This document shows, one piece after another, positions 1 through 10,449 of a DNA stretch of 64,000 nucleotides. This stretch comes from Nitrospirota bacterium. GTDB taxonomy: Bacteria > Nitrospirota > Thermodesulfovibrionia > Thermodesulfovibrionales > UBA9159. The notes under the pieces are model-generated. The model saw only the letters and a list, made by a program, of their open reading frames with translations. It had not been told where the DNA came from and did not search any database. How positions within the stretch are numbered: position 1 is the stretch's first letter; every line of letters begins with the position of its first letter. The DNA lies in NCBI GenBank assembly GCA_963699545.1, contig CAVOUE010000003.1, positions 800,001 to 864,000 on the forward strand, given 5' to 3'. The translations under genes were made by a program, and so were the position numbers.

Positions 1-1480
1 TCGATGCCCGACAAGTGGGAGTACCCCTGGTACGCGGCCTGGGACCTGGCCTTCCACACGCTCCCGCTTTCGATCGTGGACCCCGACTTCGCCAAGGAGC
101 AGATGAAACTGATGCTCAAAGGCGTCTACCTGCACCCCAGCGGCCAGATGCCGGCCTATGAGTGGAACTTCAGTGACGTGAACCCCCCGGTCCACGCCTG
201 GGCGACCTTGTTCCTGCACCTGACCGAGCAGGCCCTGCGCGGCGAGACCGATCTCGATTTCCTCAGGGCGACGTTCAACAAGCTGCTGCTGAACTTCACC
301 TGGTGGGTGAACCGCAAGGACCGGTTCGGCAAGAACGTCTTCGAAGGGGGCTTCCTCGGCCTGGACAACATCGGCATTTTCGACCGCAGCGCCCCTCTGC
401 CCACCGGCGGCCACCTCGAACAGGCGGACGGCACGGCCTGGATGGCCTTCTTCAGCCAGAACATGCTGGAACTGGCGTTTCAGCTCTCCCTTCACGATCC
501 CATTTACGAAGACATGATCGTGAAGTTCGCCGAGCACTTTTACTACATCGCCGCGGCAATGAACAAGCCCGGTCAGGAAGGCATGTGGGACGACGAGGAC
601 GGCTTCTACTACGACATCCTGCGGCTCCCCGACGGCAGCGCCACGCGGCTCAAGGTGCGCTCGATGGTTGGGCTCCTGCCCCTGTGCGCCACGACCGTAA
701 TCGAGGCTGCGTGGCGGGAGCGCATGCCGCGGGCGATGGCTCAGGTCACGAAGCGCCTGTACCGGATGCCCGAGCTTTTGGAGACTATGCACCCCACCGG
801 TCCGGGACACTTTGGCGTGGCGGACCGGGGGATCCTGGCCCTGGTCAACCCGGAGCGGCTCCGCCGGATCCTTACGAAGATGCTCGACGAGAACGAGTTC
901 CTGAGCCCCTACGGCATCCGCTCGATCTCCAAGTTCCACGAGCAGCACCCGTATGTCTTCCACGTGAATGGCCAGGAGTACCGGGTGGACTATTTGCCGG
1001 CCGAGTCGAACACCGGCATGTTCGGCGGCAATTCCAACTGGCGGGGACCTATCTGGATGCCGGTGAACGCCGTCATCATCCGGGCCCTCCTGCAGTACTA
1101 TCTTTACTATGGCGACAACTTCAAGATCGAATGCCCCACGGGTTCAGGGAAGATGATGAACCTCTTTGAGGTGTCCAAGGAGATCGCGGACCGGCTGAGC
1201 CGGATCTTTCTGCGGAATGAACAGGGCAAGCGTCCGGTGTATGGAGGCTCGGAGAAGTTCCAGAGCGATCCCCACTGGCGCGACCACATCCTATTCTACG
1301 AATACTTCCACGGCGACAACGGCGCAGGGCTTGGTGCAAGCCACCAGACAGGCTGGACCGGACTTGTGGCCAAGATGATCCAGCTTTACGGCCTCCTGGA
1401 TCCCAAGCAGTGCCCTGGAGGTGGGCAAAGAAGCTGCGTTCGTGAAGGGCGCCCCGGAAGCCGGGGCGGCAAAGAGATGA
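1..1480 (+). CDS. GH63/MGH1-like glucosidase (5'-truncated by window; frameshift near 1410)
   Basis: MPDKWEYPWYAAWDLAFH, GGFLGLDNIG, NSNWRGPIW and GASHQTGWT motifs. A one-base shift near 1410 restores ...ALEVGKEAAFVKGAPEAGAAKR-TGA (1478-1480). The 565-aa ORF is an artefactual fusion with the next gene. Confidence 0.85.
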
Positions 1481-2962
1481 GGACATGGCCTAAGCATCCG
1501 GTCATTTATGAGATCAACACATGGGTGTGGCTGGGTGAGCTGAGCCGGAAATACCGGAAGTCCGTGAACCTCGCCACGGTCCCGGAGCAGGAGTGGGATG
1601 CCATCGCTGCTCATGGATTTGATGCGGTCTGGTTCATGGGCGTCTGGGAGCGGAGCCCTGCTGGCATCGCCATTGCGAATCCAGAACAAAGGTCTTCTTG
1701 AAGACTTCCGACGGGCCCTTCCTGACTTTCGCCCGGAAGACAATGTTGGATCTCCCTATTGCGTGCGGCGCTACGTTGTCGATGAACACCTCGGCGGTCC
1801 GAAGGGGCTTGAAGCAGCGCGTAAAGCTCTCGCAAAGCGCGGCATTCTTCTCATCCTGGATTTTGTGCCGAACCATGTCGCTCCTGACCACCCGTGGGTC
1901 CTGAAGCATCCCGAATACTTCGTTCAGGGGAACGCCGACGATGCCAGGAGACGATCCGGCGTCCTTCGTTGAGGCGGGAGGGAAGGTGTTTGCCTGCGGC
2001 AGGGACCCTTACTTCCCGGCATGGCCAGATGTGCTCCAACTGAACGCCTTTGATGCGCGGTTTGCGTCAGGCGGTCATCGAGACAGCTCGGAAAGCATCG
2101 CCGATCAGTGCGACGGCATCCGCTGCGACATGGCCATGCTCATGCTGAACAGCATCTTCGAGCGTACCTGGGGAGCTCGGGCAGGCCAAAAGCCCGACAA
2201 CGACTACTGGACTACGGTCATTGCGGCCATCAAAGCGAAGTATCCCGAGTTCAGGTTCATCGCCGAGGCATACTGGGACCTCGAGTGGGAACTGCAACGG
2301 CAGGGTTTTGATCACTGCTACGACAAGAAACTCTATGACCGGATGGAACATAAGAATGCCGAGAGCGTGCGGATGCACCTCCTTGCAGATCTCTCTTACC
2401 AGCAAGGGATGGTCCGGTTCATTGAGAACCATGACGAGCCGAGGGCTGCAGCCACGTTTCCGGACGGTAAAGGGCGCGCTGCAGCCGTGGCGATCCTCAC
2501 TCTCCCTGGGGCCAGGCTGCTGCACGAGGGGCAGTTCGAGGGACTGAAGGTGAGGTTGCCAGTTTTTCTCGCGCCGTCGCCCCGCAGAGCCGGTCGATCA
2601 TGACCTCGTGGCCTTCTGCCACAATCTCCTGAAAGCGATTAATCATGATGTTTTCAGGAATGGCCAGTGGCTCCTCTGTGAGCGGAGCGGCTGGCCCGAC
2701 AACCAGGGCTATTTGAACATTCTCAGCTGGTGCTGGGTCCAAGGACGGGGAGCGTTACCTTATCATTATAAATTTCTCAGAGGCACCCTCACAGGCCCGC
2801 ATTCAGGTGCCGTGGGATGAACTGAGGGGAAAGACATGGCACCTCGTTGACGCCCTGTCGGGTGAAACCTATAAAAGGGACGGTAATGACCTGAGGGATC
2901 CAGGCCTGCACATTGATCTCGGAGCGTGGGATTGGCATTTCTTCTGCATACAACCTTCGTAA
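1477..2962 (+). CDS. GH13 alpha-amylase family glycosyl hydrolase (several frameshifts)
   Basis: Starts MRTWPKHPVIYEINTWVW (ATGA overlap). Pieces in different frames carry ILDFVPNH, DGIRCDMAM, FIAEAYW and FIENHDE. Stop TAA at 2960-2962. Confidence 0.85.
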
Positions 2963-3235
2963 TATCCCGAAGGACGGGCATCGACTAAGACTGCTTAACA
3001 GAACAAAGGGAGAAATATCTTGACTCTGTTCCTTAGAGGAGGAAGGACAAAACACCTTTTTCAGAAAACATCTGACCGCACGGAAATTTAAATAAGTAAC
3101 ATAAGCAATATAATTGTTACTCAAAGCTTTAAATCAAATACTTATGTTCAACTCCAGATCAGAAACTCTGTGCAAAAATGGATTTGGGCAGTCCTACGCC
3201 CAGGCCCCCTGTATTGAGGAAGAAAAAGGGGTATT

Positions 3236-3427
3236 TCATGCATATTCGCCCACAGGGTTTCGACCATTAACCTCTTTTATCTTGCTGGAATCCTTAACGA
3301 AGAAAGGACATTTCTTGTATCCCCTGGTCCTGCAGTATTCGTGGAGTTGAAACACGCTGGGCACATAGATCCTGCCATCGATTTTACAGGTCGCCACTAT
3401 CCAATGATTTAAGTGGGGGCATTTCAT
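3236..3427 (-). CDS. small Cys-rich hypothetical protein (63 aa)
   Basis: GGAGGAG SD, then MKCPHL...TCKI...EYCRT..YKKCPFF; four Cys. Confidence 0.6.
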   Translation of the reverse strand: MKCPHLNHWIVATCKIDGRIYVPSVFQLHEYCRTRGYKKCPFFVKDSSKIKEVNGRNPVGEYA

Positions 3428-3599
3428 GATCTCCTCCAAGTGGGGATGGCTGGCAGCCGTCCGAGCTCCTGCAACGGAAGTCCCTTTATCGAGGGAACCT
3501 CGATCCTGATGCGGCCTGGAACATGGTGTACTATCCTGTACTGAATCACCTCTCATTCTCCTCCTTCTTTTTCTCATTACGGACATTAAACCACCCTTG

Positions 3600-3627
3600 T
3601 GTTACAGGGTTATGAATACAAAGTTAA
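3600..3627 (-). promoter_or_regulatory. Pho-box-like array (3 half-sites, 11-bp period)
   Basis: Minus strand TTAACT-N5-TTCATA-N5-GTAACA. Confidence 0.55.
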
Positions 3628-3786
3628 ATTCTGGTGAAAACTCCTTCTGCTCGTAGGCAAGTAATGAAAAAATACATGGCGCCGTGTAGAGAAGCATGAT
3701 ACGCTTAAAGAGAGAAAAGGGTGTGTCTATTTTTCCTGGAGAGTATCTTTCCTTGAATTGCGCCTATTAGAGAAAGGAGGAACAGA

Positions 3787-4077
3787 GTGGGGCTTATTGA
3801 TGATGTGTTCAAAGGAAATGTGGTAACGGGCCTTGCGATCGGCATAGGTGCTGCTGTCCTTGGTCCTGCGGTGCTTCCCGTTATTGCAAGTGTGGCCAAA
3901 CCGGTGGCAAAGGCTGCAATAAAAGGGGGGATCATCCTTTACGAAAAGGGCAAAGAGGCCTTCGCAGAAATGGGTGAAGTGGTTGAGGATCTTGTAGCAG
4001 AAGCAAAATCAGAGGTGTCTGAGGCACAAAAAACTGCAGCTGCGGCATCTGCGGCCCAGGGTGAACCGGGTGCATGA
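3787..4077 (+). CDS. DUF5132-like GxxxG membrane protein (similar to fez-cluster accessory proteins)
   Basis: Strong SD AGAAAGGAGG. GLAIGIGAAVLGP hydrophobic GxxxG segment, KPVAKAAIKGG, and an EDLVAEAKSE helical tail. Confidence 0.75.
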   Translation: MGLIDDVFKGNVVTGLAIGIGAAVLGPAVLPVIASVAKPVAKAAIKGGIILYEKGKEAFAEMGEVVEDLVAEAKSEVSEAQKTAAAASAAQGEPGA

Positions 4078-4556
4078 TCCAGCCCGAGGCTCATATAAGT
4101 CATCATACCACTGGAAGAATGCGGATCAAGATACCCTCAAAAAAGGGGGACATCGCATATCTGGAGGCTTTGAAGGAACATTTTTCAGGGCTGGAAGGCA
4201 TCAGAGCCCTGGAGGTAAATCCGACGACGGGAAGTGTGCTCATTGTGCACAACCTCGACAGGCAGACCATTGAGCAGTATGCCACGGCAAAGAATCTCTT
4301 CAGCTTGACAGCAGCGAATCCCTCTCCTGCCGGCTTGCACCCGAAGGTGTCCGAGACTTTTCAGGATCTGAACGATCAAATGAAGGCATTCACGTCCGGG
4401 GAGATCAATGTTGGAGGAGCGGCATTCCTTGCCCTTCTTGGTGCGGGGATATACCAGATAGGCAGGGGGAATCTCACTGCCATTCCTTGGTATACCGCAT
4501 TCTGGTATGCTCTCAATATCTTTCTGAAATCCAAGAACGATTCAAAAATGGAATAA
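4074..4556 (+). CDS. HMA2-like domain protein with C-terminal TM helices (FezC-like)
   Basis: HHTTGRMRIK...EVNPTTGSVLIVH domain; C-terminal FLALLGAGIYQI..AIPWYTAFWYA; ATGA coupling to the upstream gene. Confidence 0.75.
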   Translation: MIQPEAHISHHTTGRMRIKIPSKKGDIAYLEALKEHFSGLEGIRALEVNPTTGSVLIVHNLDRQTIEQYATAKNLFSLTAANPSPAGLHPKVSETFQDLNDQMKAFTSGEINVGGAAFLALLGAGIYQIGRGNLTAIPWYTAFWYALNIFLKSKNDSKME

Positions 4557-4570
4557 GCCAGTTGATATAT

Positions 4571-4609
4571 TTAACATAATTGTCAACCTAACTTCACTAA
4601 TCTGTAACA
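4571..4609 (+). promoter_or_regulatory. Pho-box-like array (4 half-sites, 11-bp period)
   Basis: TTAACA(4571), GTCAAC(4582), TTCACT(4593), GTAACA(4604), upstream of the repeat protein-ATPase-metK operon. Confidence 0.55.
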
Positions 4610-4746
4610 GAGAGGCTGTAACATTATGATTGGTTTCAGGAGCATACCTCAGCATCTCTTATCACTATTCTTACGTGAAACAGGTATTGGTAAGGCATGT
4701 GAGAATTTTACAAACAAAATGCATTTAACCGGAAAGGAGGCATACT

Positions 4747-5418
4747 ATGCCAAGGGAAAATGTTGTAAAAAGTGCACCAGCAGGTAAAGAGGAAGTAACC
4801 AGCATGGGCAAAGCGGGTACATCAGTAAAAGAGGGTGTAGTGAGCAGTCTGAAGGGTATCAATGAGATCGAGGCTGAGATCGTCAGTCTGGTGAGGAACA
4901 CCGTTTCCAATACCCTGAGGGCCACCGGTAGCGTGGCCCATGAGGCGGTCACCATCACAAAGGATGTGGTAAAAGGGACGATCCAGGCTACAGAAGAAGT
5001 CGGCACAGGCCTTATCCTCAGCACAAAGAGTGTCGCCAAGGGAATCGTCATGGGTGTGAGTGATGTAGGCGGAGACGTCGTCACTGTTGCCAGCCAGACA
5101 GTAAAGGGTGCGGTGAAGGGCGCGGCAGAAGTGGGCGCGGATGTTGCCATGGTGGCAAGAAGGACGGTTGACGGAGTTATCGAGGCCACAAAAGAAATTG
5201 GCGGAAATGTGGAAGAAGTGGCAAAAGTGGCTGTGGGAGGAGCGATCGAAGCTGCAGGCACTATCGGAAATACTGCCGTGAAGGCCGTAAAAGATATGCT
5301 CGTCGGTGTTGTAGAGGGCGTAAAGGAAGTGGCAGGCTCAGCGCTGCCAAAGCCGCACCAGGTGCCTCCGCCCGCTCATAAGGAGACCGAGAGCCATGCA
5401 AAGGGAAGAAAGAGGTAG
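4747..5418 (+). CDS. Gly/Val/Ala-rich protein with tandem 22-aa amphipathic repeats
   Basis: SD GAAAGGAGG. Repeats VVKGTIQATEEVGTGLILSTKS / VAKGIVMGVSDVGGDVVTVASQ / TVKGAVKGAAEVGADVAMVARR / TVDGVIEATKEIGGNVEEVAKV / AVGGAIEAAGTIGNTAVKAVKD. Confidence 0.75.
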   Translation: MPRENVVKSAPAGKEEVTSMGKAGTSVKEGVVSSLKGINEIEAEIVSLVRNTVSNTLRATGSVAHEAVTITKDVVKGTIQATEEVGTGLILSTKSVAKGIVMGVSDVGGDVVTVASQTVKGAVKGAAEVGADVAMVARRTVDGVIEATKEIGGNVEEVAKVAVGGAIEAAGTIGNTAVKAVKDMLVGVVEGVKEVAGSALPKPHQVPPPAHKETESHAKGRKR

Positions 5419-5427
5419 TAAAGGGGC

Positions 5428-8400
5428 GTGGTCCAGCCGGTACATACGGCGGTAAAAGGGAGAACAAGATTTAGAGTAGATGGGCTTTATCGCTCTGAAG
5501 AACTCAAAAGAGAGATCGAATCAAGACTCTCTTCCTATAGGGAGATTCAGGGGTTCTCGGTAAATATCCTTACCGGTAAAGTCCTTGTATTTTATAACTC
5601 AGGTAACTCTCCCGAGTCGATTGCATCGCTCATTGCAGGCGTTGTAGGCGAGGCAGCGAAGGCGGGGAAACCGTCCCCACCGGTCCAGCGGACTGCAGTC
5701 CATGATCAGGGCGAGTGGCTTCCCGCAAGCACTATGCGGGCAGAATACCCTTACCCTGAAGCGGAGAGAAGCCAGCGTATACAGAGCAGAAGGACATTAA
5801 GAAGAAGCGTTGTCCTTTCCGAAGTGCAGACCGAGGAAGCCTGGCACCTCATGGACGCAACGGACGTGCTCGGAACTTTCGGCACGTCAAGAAATTCCGG
5901 ACTGTCCACCGATCTCGTCAGTGTAAATCTCAGGAAATTCGGACCCAATGTTCTTCCTGAAGCGGTCCCCCGTTCCGGGCTGAGTATGTTCTTCAATCAG
6001 TTCAAGTCCGTCCCTGTGGCACTTCTCGGTGTCGCAGCGGGTATTTCTGTTCTTACCGGCGGCCTTGCAGATGCCGTGGTGATCATGGGCGTGGTCTTCA
6101 TAAACGCAGCCATAGGGTACACAACCGAGAGCCAGACCGAAAAAACTATCCACGCCCTGAAGAACCTCGTCAGGCCCTCTGCCGTTGCGGTGCGTGACGG
6201 CAGTGTGAAAGAGATTGGGGCGGGAGAGATAGTGCCGGGAGACCTCCTGCTGCTTAGACCCGGCAGCTATGTTGCGGCGGATGCAAGACTCATCGAAACG
6301 AATCACCTGAGCATTGATGAGTCTGCCCTTACCGGTGAGAGCATGCCGGTGAACAAAGCTGTATCTCCTATCACGCAAAAGGATATCCCCCTCGCTGACA
6401 GGACAAACATGGTCTATATGGGCACCCTCGTTACCGGCGGACAGGGGCTTGCAGTCGTTGTGGCAACGGGGAGGTTCACCGAGATGGGCAAGATCCAGAC
6501 CCTTGTGGGTGAGGCAAGGCCTCCTGAAACACCCATGGAGCGCCAGTTGGACAGAATGGGCAGCCAGCTGGTATTTATCTGCGGAATAGTCTGCGGCATG
6601 GTCTTTGTCACCGGAATGCTCCGGGGATACGGTCTTTTGCAGATGCTTAAGGTTTCCATATCCCTTGCGGTGGCTGCGGTCCCGGAAGGTCTTCCCACGG
6701 TGGCAACCACTACCCTCGCCCTCGGCATCAGAAATATGCGGAAGCATAATGTCCTCATACGACATCTTAACGCGGTCGAGACCCTCGGCTCGGTCCAGAC
6801 CATATGCCTCGACAAGACAGGGACGATCACCTTTAACAGGATGTCCGTGGTCGCAGCATATGCCGGCATGAGAGGCTTCACCGTGTCTCATGGACAGTTT
6901 TTCCAATCCGGTGAACCTCTGAGCGTATATTTCCATGATGAACTCTTAAGACTCATTCACCTATCGGTCCTCTGTAATGAAAGTGAAGTGATCATGAGAG
7001 GACGGCAAATATGTCGTCAACGGCTCTCCGACCGAGAATGCCCTGATACACGTTGCATTAAGTTCAGGGGTTGACGTTCAGATGCTCAGGGAGAAGTTTC
7101 CTGTCCTGAAGATCTATCACCGTTCAGAGAAGCGAAATTACATGTATACGCTCCATGAAACCCGGAATAGTTCTGCACTCATTGCAGTAAAGGGAAGCCC
7201 CAATGAGGTGTTGTCGCTATGCATCTGGCAAATGAAGGATGGTCAGAAGATTCCCCTCACCGATGAAGACCGCCTCGCCCTGGAGACCGAAAATGAGCGC
7301 ATGGCGGGCGAGGCCCTCCGTGTTCTTGGGGTAGCGTATTCGTTTGCCGATGAGCCAGTCACTTCCGATCAAAGAGGACATAGATTCTGCGGACAATCTC
7401 ATTTGGGTCGGGTTTGTGGGCATGGCAGATCCGGTCAGGGATGGAGTGAGGGGATTAATAGGCGAATTTCACAAGGCCGGGATAGATACGGTCATGATTA
7501 CCGGTGACCAAAGCCCGACCGCTTATGCCATAGGAAAAGAATTGAACCTCAGTAATGGCGAACAGCTTGAGATCCTTGATTCCAGCCACCTGATCGATAT
7601 CGACCCTGAGGTGATGAAGGCGCTCTGCAAAAGGGTGCATGTCTTTGCCCGTGTCAGCCCTGCCCACAAACTCCGGATAGTCCAGGTGCTCCAGAGCGCG
7701 GGGAAGGTCGTTGCCATGACGGGCGACGGCATCAACGACGGGCCGGCCCTTAAAGCTGCGGACATCGGTATCGCCATGGGACATACAGGCACCGATGTCG
7801 CCCGTGAGGTGGCAGACGTCGTCATCGAGGACGATAACCTCGATACAATGGTCATTGCCATAAGTCAGGGAAGGACTATCTATAACAACATAAGGAAGTC
7901 CGTCCATTTTCTCTTGTCCACAAATCTCAGCGAGATCATGGTCATGTTCACTGCCATTGCAGGAGGTCTCGGCCAGCCTCTGAGTGCGATACAGTTGCTC
8001 TGGATCAACCTCATGTCCGATATAGCGCCGGGTCTGGCGCTTGCCCTCGAACCGCCGGAGCCTGATGTTCTGAGCCAGCCGCCGCGCGACCCTGACGAGC
8101 CCATTGTGAGGAAATCAGATTTCAAGAGAATCACCTTTGAATCAGCAATGATATCTGCCGGGACCTTAGGGGCTTACGGGTATGGCATTGCGAGATACGG
8201 CATGGGCCAAAAGGCAGGTAGTCTTGCGTTCCTGAGCCTTACCACAGGACAGCTCCTCCATGCGATCAGCTGCCGTTCAGAGAGGCACAGCATATTCGGC
8301 AGGGAGAAGTTGCCGCCGAACAAATATCTCAATATGGCCCTGGGGGGTTCCTTTGCCATCCAGCTCTTGGCTATGGTGATACCGGGGTTGAGAAATCTCC

Positions 8401-8513
8401 TGGGCATCGCTCCAATCAGTGTCCTTGATGGTGTTGTAATCGGAGGCAGCGCCGTTCTCCCCTTATTGGTGAATGAAGGAACGAAGAAACTCCCGAAAGA
8501 GGTAACCGCATGA
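5428..8513 (+). CDS. P-type cation-transporting ATPase, P2A-like, with N-terminal HMA2-like domain (2 frameshifts)
   Basis: TGES, AVAAVPEGLP, DKTGT, KGSP, MITGD, GDGINDGPAL and QLLWINLMSD motifs across ORFs 5428-7074, 7082-7507 and 7344-8513. N-terminus HTAVKGRTRFRV...VNILTGKVLVFY. Confidence 0.9.
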
Positions 8514-9709
8514 AAAAAGACTTCATCTTTACATCAGAATCCGTAACAGAAGGCCATCCTGACAAGCTCTGCGACCAGATAAGCGACGCCATAGTTGACC
8601 ATTTCCTTCAGCAGGACCCCTATTCAAGGGTCATTGCCGAGTGCGCAGTATCGACTGCGATCATGTTCATCGCCGCGAGGTTCGAATCTAATGCGAGCGT
8701 GGATTTCCCGAATATAGCGAGGCAGGTCGTAAACCAGATCGGTTATGACCAGGATGCCTTTAATGCAAAGACGTGCAGCATCGTGACAAGTCTCAAGGAA
8801 TTGCCCCATGATGAGCATTGCTGCTTTGATGAAAGAAAACTGTCAGATGCGGAGATCGATGCAATTCCCGCGCGCAACCAGGTTACCGTCTTCGGTTTTG
8901 CCTGCAACCAGACATCTGCCCTTATCCCCCTTCCCATCTGGCTGGCCCACAGACTGGCAAGGAAACTCACCTCCGTCAGACTCCAGAAGATACTCTCCTA
9001 TCTTGCGCCTGATGGGAAAACGCAGGTGGGGATCGAGTACAGGAACGGAAAGCCTCACAGGATCCACAGCATCACGGTTATCGCCAGTCAGGACAGGCCT
9101 TCAGCGGCAGGAGGCCCTGATATGAAGAGGCTCGAAGACGATATCAGGCAGGTTGTTATAGATTCTGTATTCCCTGATGAGGATATAAAACCTGACAGAA
9201 ACACAAAGATATTTATCAATCCTGATGGCCCGTTTATCATCGGAGGTCCCTCAGTCCATTCCGGGCTGACGGGAAGGAAAAATGCAATTGATACGTACGG
9301 AGAATACTCCCGACAGAGCGGAGCTGCCCTCAGCGGTAAAGACCCTATGCGTATAGACAGGATAGGCGCCTATGCGGCCCGTTACGCAGCAAAGAATGTC
9401 GTTGCTGCAGGACTCGCGGATGAGTGCGAAATACAGCTCAGCTACTCCATCGGTCTTGCGAGGCCTGTGAGCATTCAGGTAGAGACCTTCGGCACGGGAA
9501 AGATCCCTGATGAGAAAATCTCAGCGCTCGTTGAGAGACATTTTGATTTCCGTCTGGCAGGGATCATACGACAGTTTAATCTGAGATACCTCCCATCGAT
9601 TTTGAAGGGTGGCTTTTACAGAAAACTTGCGGCTTACGGACATGTGGGGAGAATGGATATAGGACTTCCCTGGGAGCTGATAGACAAAATGAGCGAGATG
9701 AGAGGGTAA
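8510..9709 (+). CDS. metK: methionine adenosyltransferase homologue (divergent MetK paralogue)
   Basis: FTSESVTEGHPDKLCDQISD, PDGKTQV, GLTGRK, SGKDP and AAYGHVGR present; GAGDQG and GGPxGD motifs altered. Confidence 0.85.
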   Translation: MKKDFIFTSESVTEGHPDKLCDQISDAIVDHFLQQDPYSRVIAECAVSTAIMFIAARFESNASVDFPNIARQVVNQIGYDQDAFNAKTCSIVTSLKELPHDEHCCFDERKLSDAEIDAIPARNQVTVFGFACNQTSALIPLPIWLAHRLARKLTSVRLQKILSYLAPDGKTQVGIEYRNGKPHRIHSITVIASQDRPSAAGGPDMKRLEDDIRQVVIDSVFPDEDIKPDRNTKIFINPDGPFIIGGPSVHSGLTGRKNAIDTYGEYSRQSGAALSGKDPMRIDRIGAYAARYAAKNVVAAGLADECEIQLSYSIGLARPVSIQVETFGTGKIPDEKISALVERHFDFRLAGIIRQFNLRYLPSILKGGFYRKLAAYGHVGRMDIGLPWELIDKMSEMRG

Positions 9710-9789
9710 GGGGAGCATGGAACGTACGCGGTGTGATAGCAACATCGAGGCATTAAAGGCGGACTTCAGGAAATGAGAGGAGGATCAGT

Positions 9790-9987
9790 ATGATATCAAC
9801 GCAAGATCTGCTCGTCGTCCTGGTAATCGTCCTTGTTTTGTTCGGTAAGACGAGGCTGCGCGAACTCGCTAAAGGGTTGAAAGAAGGGGTCAAGAATTAC
9901 AAGAAGAGCCTGTCCGAGCCGGACGAAATAGACGTTACGCCCAAAAAAAATAAGAATAACAAAGAAGGCCGGAGTTGTAGAAAATGA
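9790..9987 (+). CDS. tatA: TatA/E family subunit
   Basis: N-terminal TM LLVVLVIVLVLFG, then amphipathic RLRELAKGLKEGVKNYKK; strong SD. Confidence 0.7.
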   Translation: MISTQDLLVVLVIVLVLFGKTRLRELAKGLKEGVKNYKKSLSEPDEIDVTPKKNKNNKEGRSCRK

Positions 9988-10137
9988 TAGGCAACCAACA
10001 CATAGAACAGCAGCCGTAAGACACAAAAAGCAAGCCGCGGCCTTGAGCCAGTGTAGCCTATAAGTTGTCTCTCACGCTTTATTCTTCCCTCTGACGTTAC
10101 CGATCCGCTCCTTTCTTTCTTCATTACTCACCTCTGA

Positions 10138-10176
10138 TTCATCAACATGTAACACGCCTTTCATCATCGCTTAACC
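10138..10176 (+). promoter_or_regulatory. Pho-box-like array (4 half-sites, 11-bp period)
   Basis: TTCATC(10138), GTAACA(10149), TTCATC(10160), TTAACC(10171), upstream of a secreted phosphoesterase. Confidence 0.65.
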
Positions 10177-10449
10177 ATGCTCAGGTATTCTCAAACAGAA
10201 CACAATGACGCATTCTCCACGCAACGGAACTAAAAGCTAGTTTTCCTGAAGGAGAGAGGCAGTCAAATGAGAACGATTCTGCAGGGTCGATTGTCTGAAC
10301 CGTGGGAAACAAAAGGAGGTGAAGAGGAAGAATTGTAAGGAAAGCAGCGTAACACGCTGACAAGAAGATAATGCATCACGCAGGACAAAACACTTCGTAA
10401 TGGAAAGCCGCATTAAGCGGCCGCACTAAATCTCTCAGGAGGATAAAGT

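Noticed and set aside
4-1701. Apparent glucosidase-amylase fusion ORF (565 aa)
   Set aside because: One indel near 1410 explains it; the corrected frame stops at 1480 with an ATGA overlap into a separate gene.
3787-5418. Magnetosome gene cluster
   Set aside because: GxxxG and repeat proteins are reminiscent, but no core mam genes (mamA, B, E, K, M, Q) are recognisable.
10180-10440. Possible riboswitch (e.g. c-di-GMP) in the long phosphoesterase leader
   Set aside because: No recognisable consensus elements found by eye.
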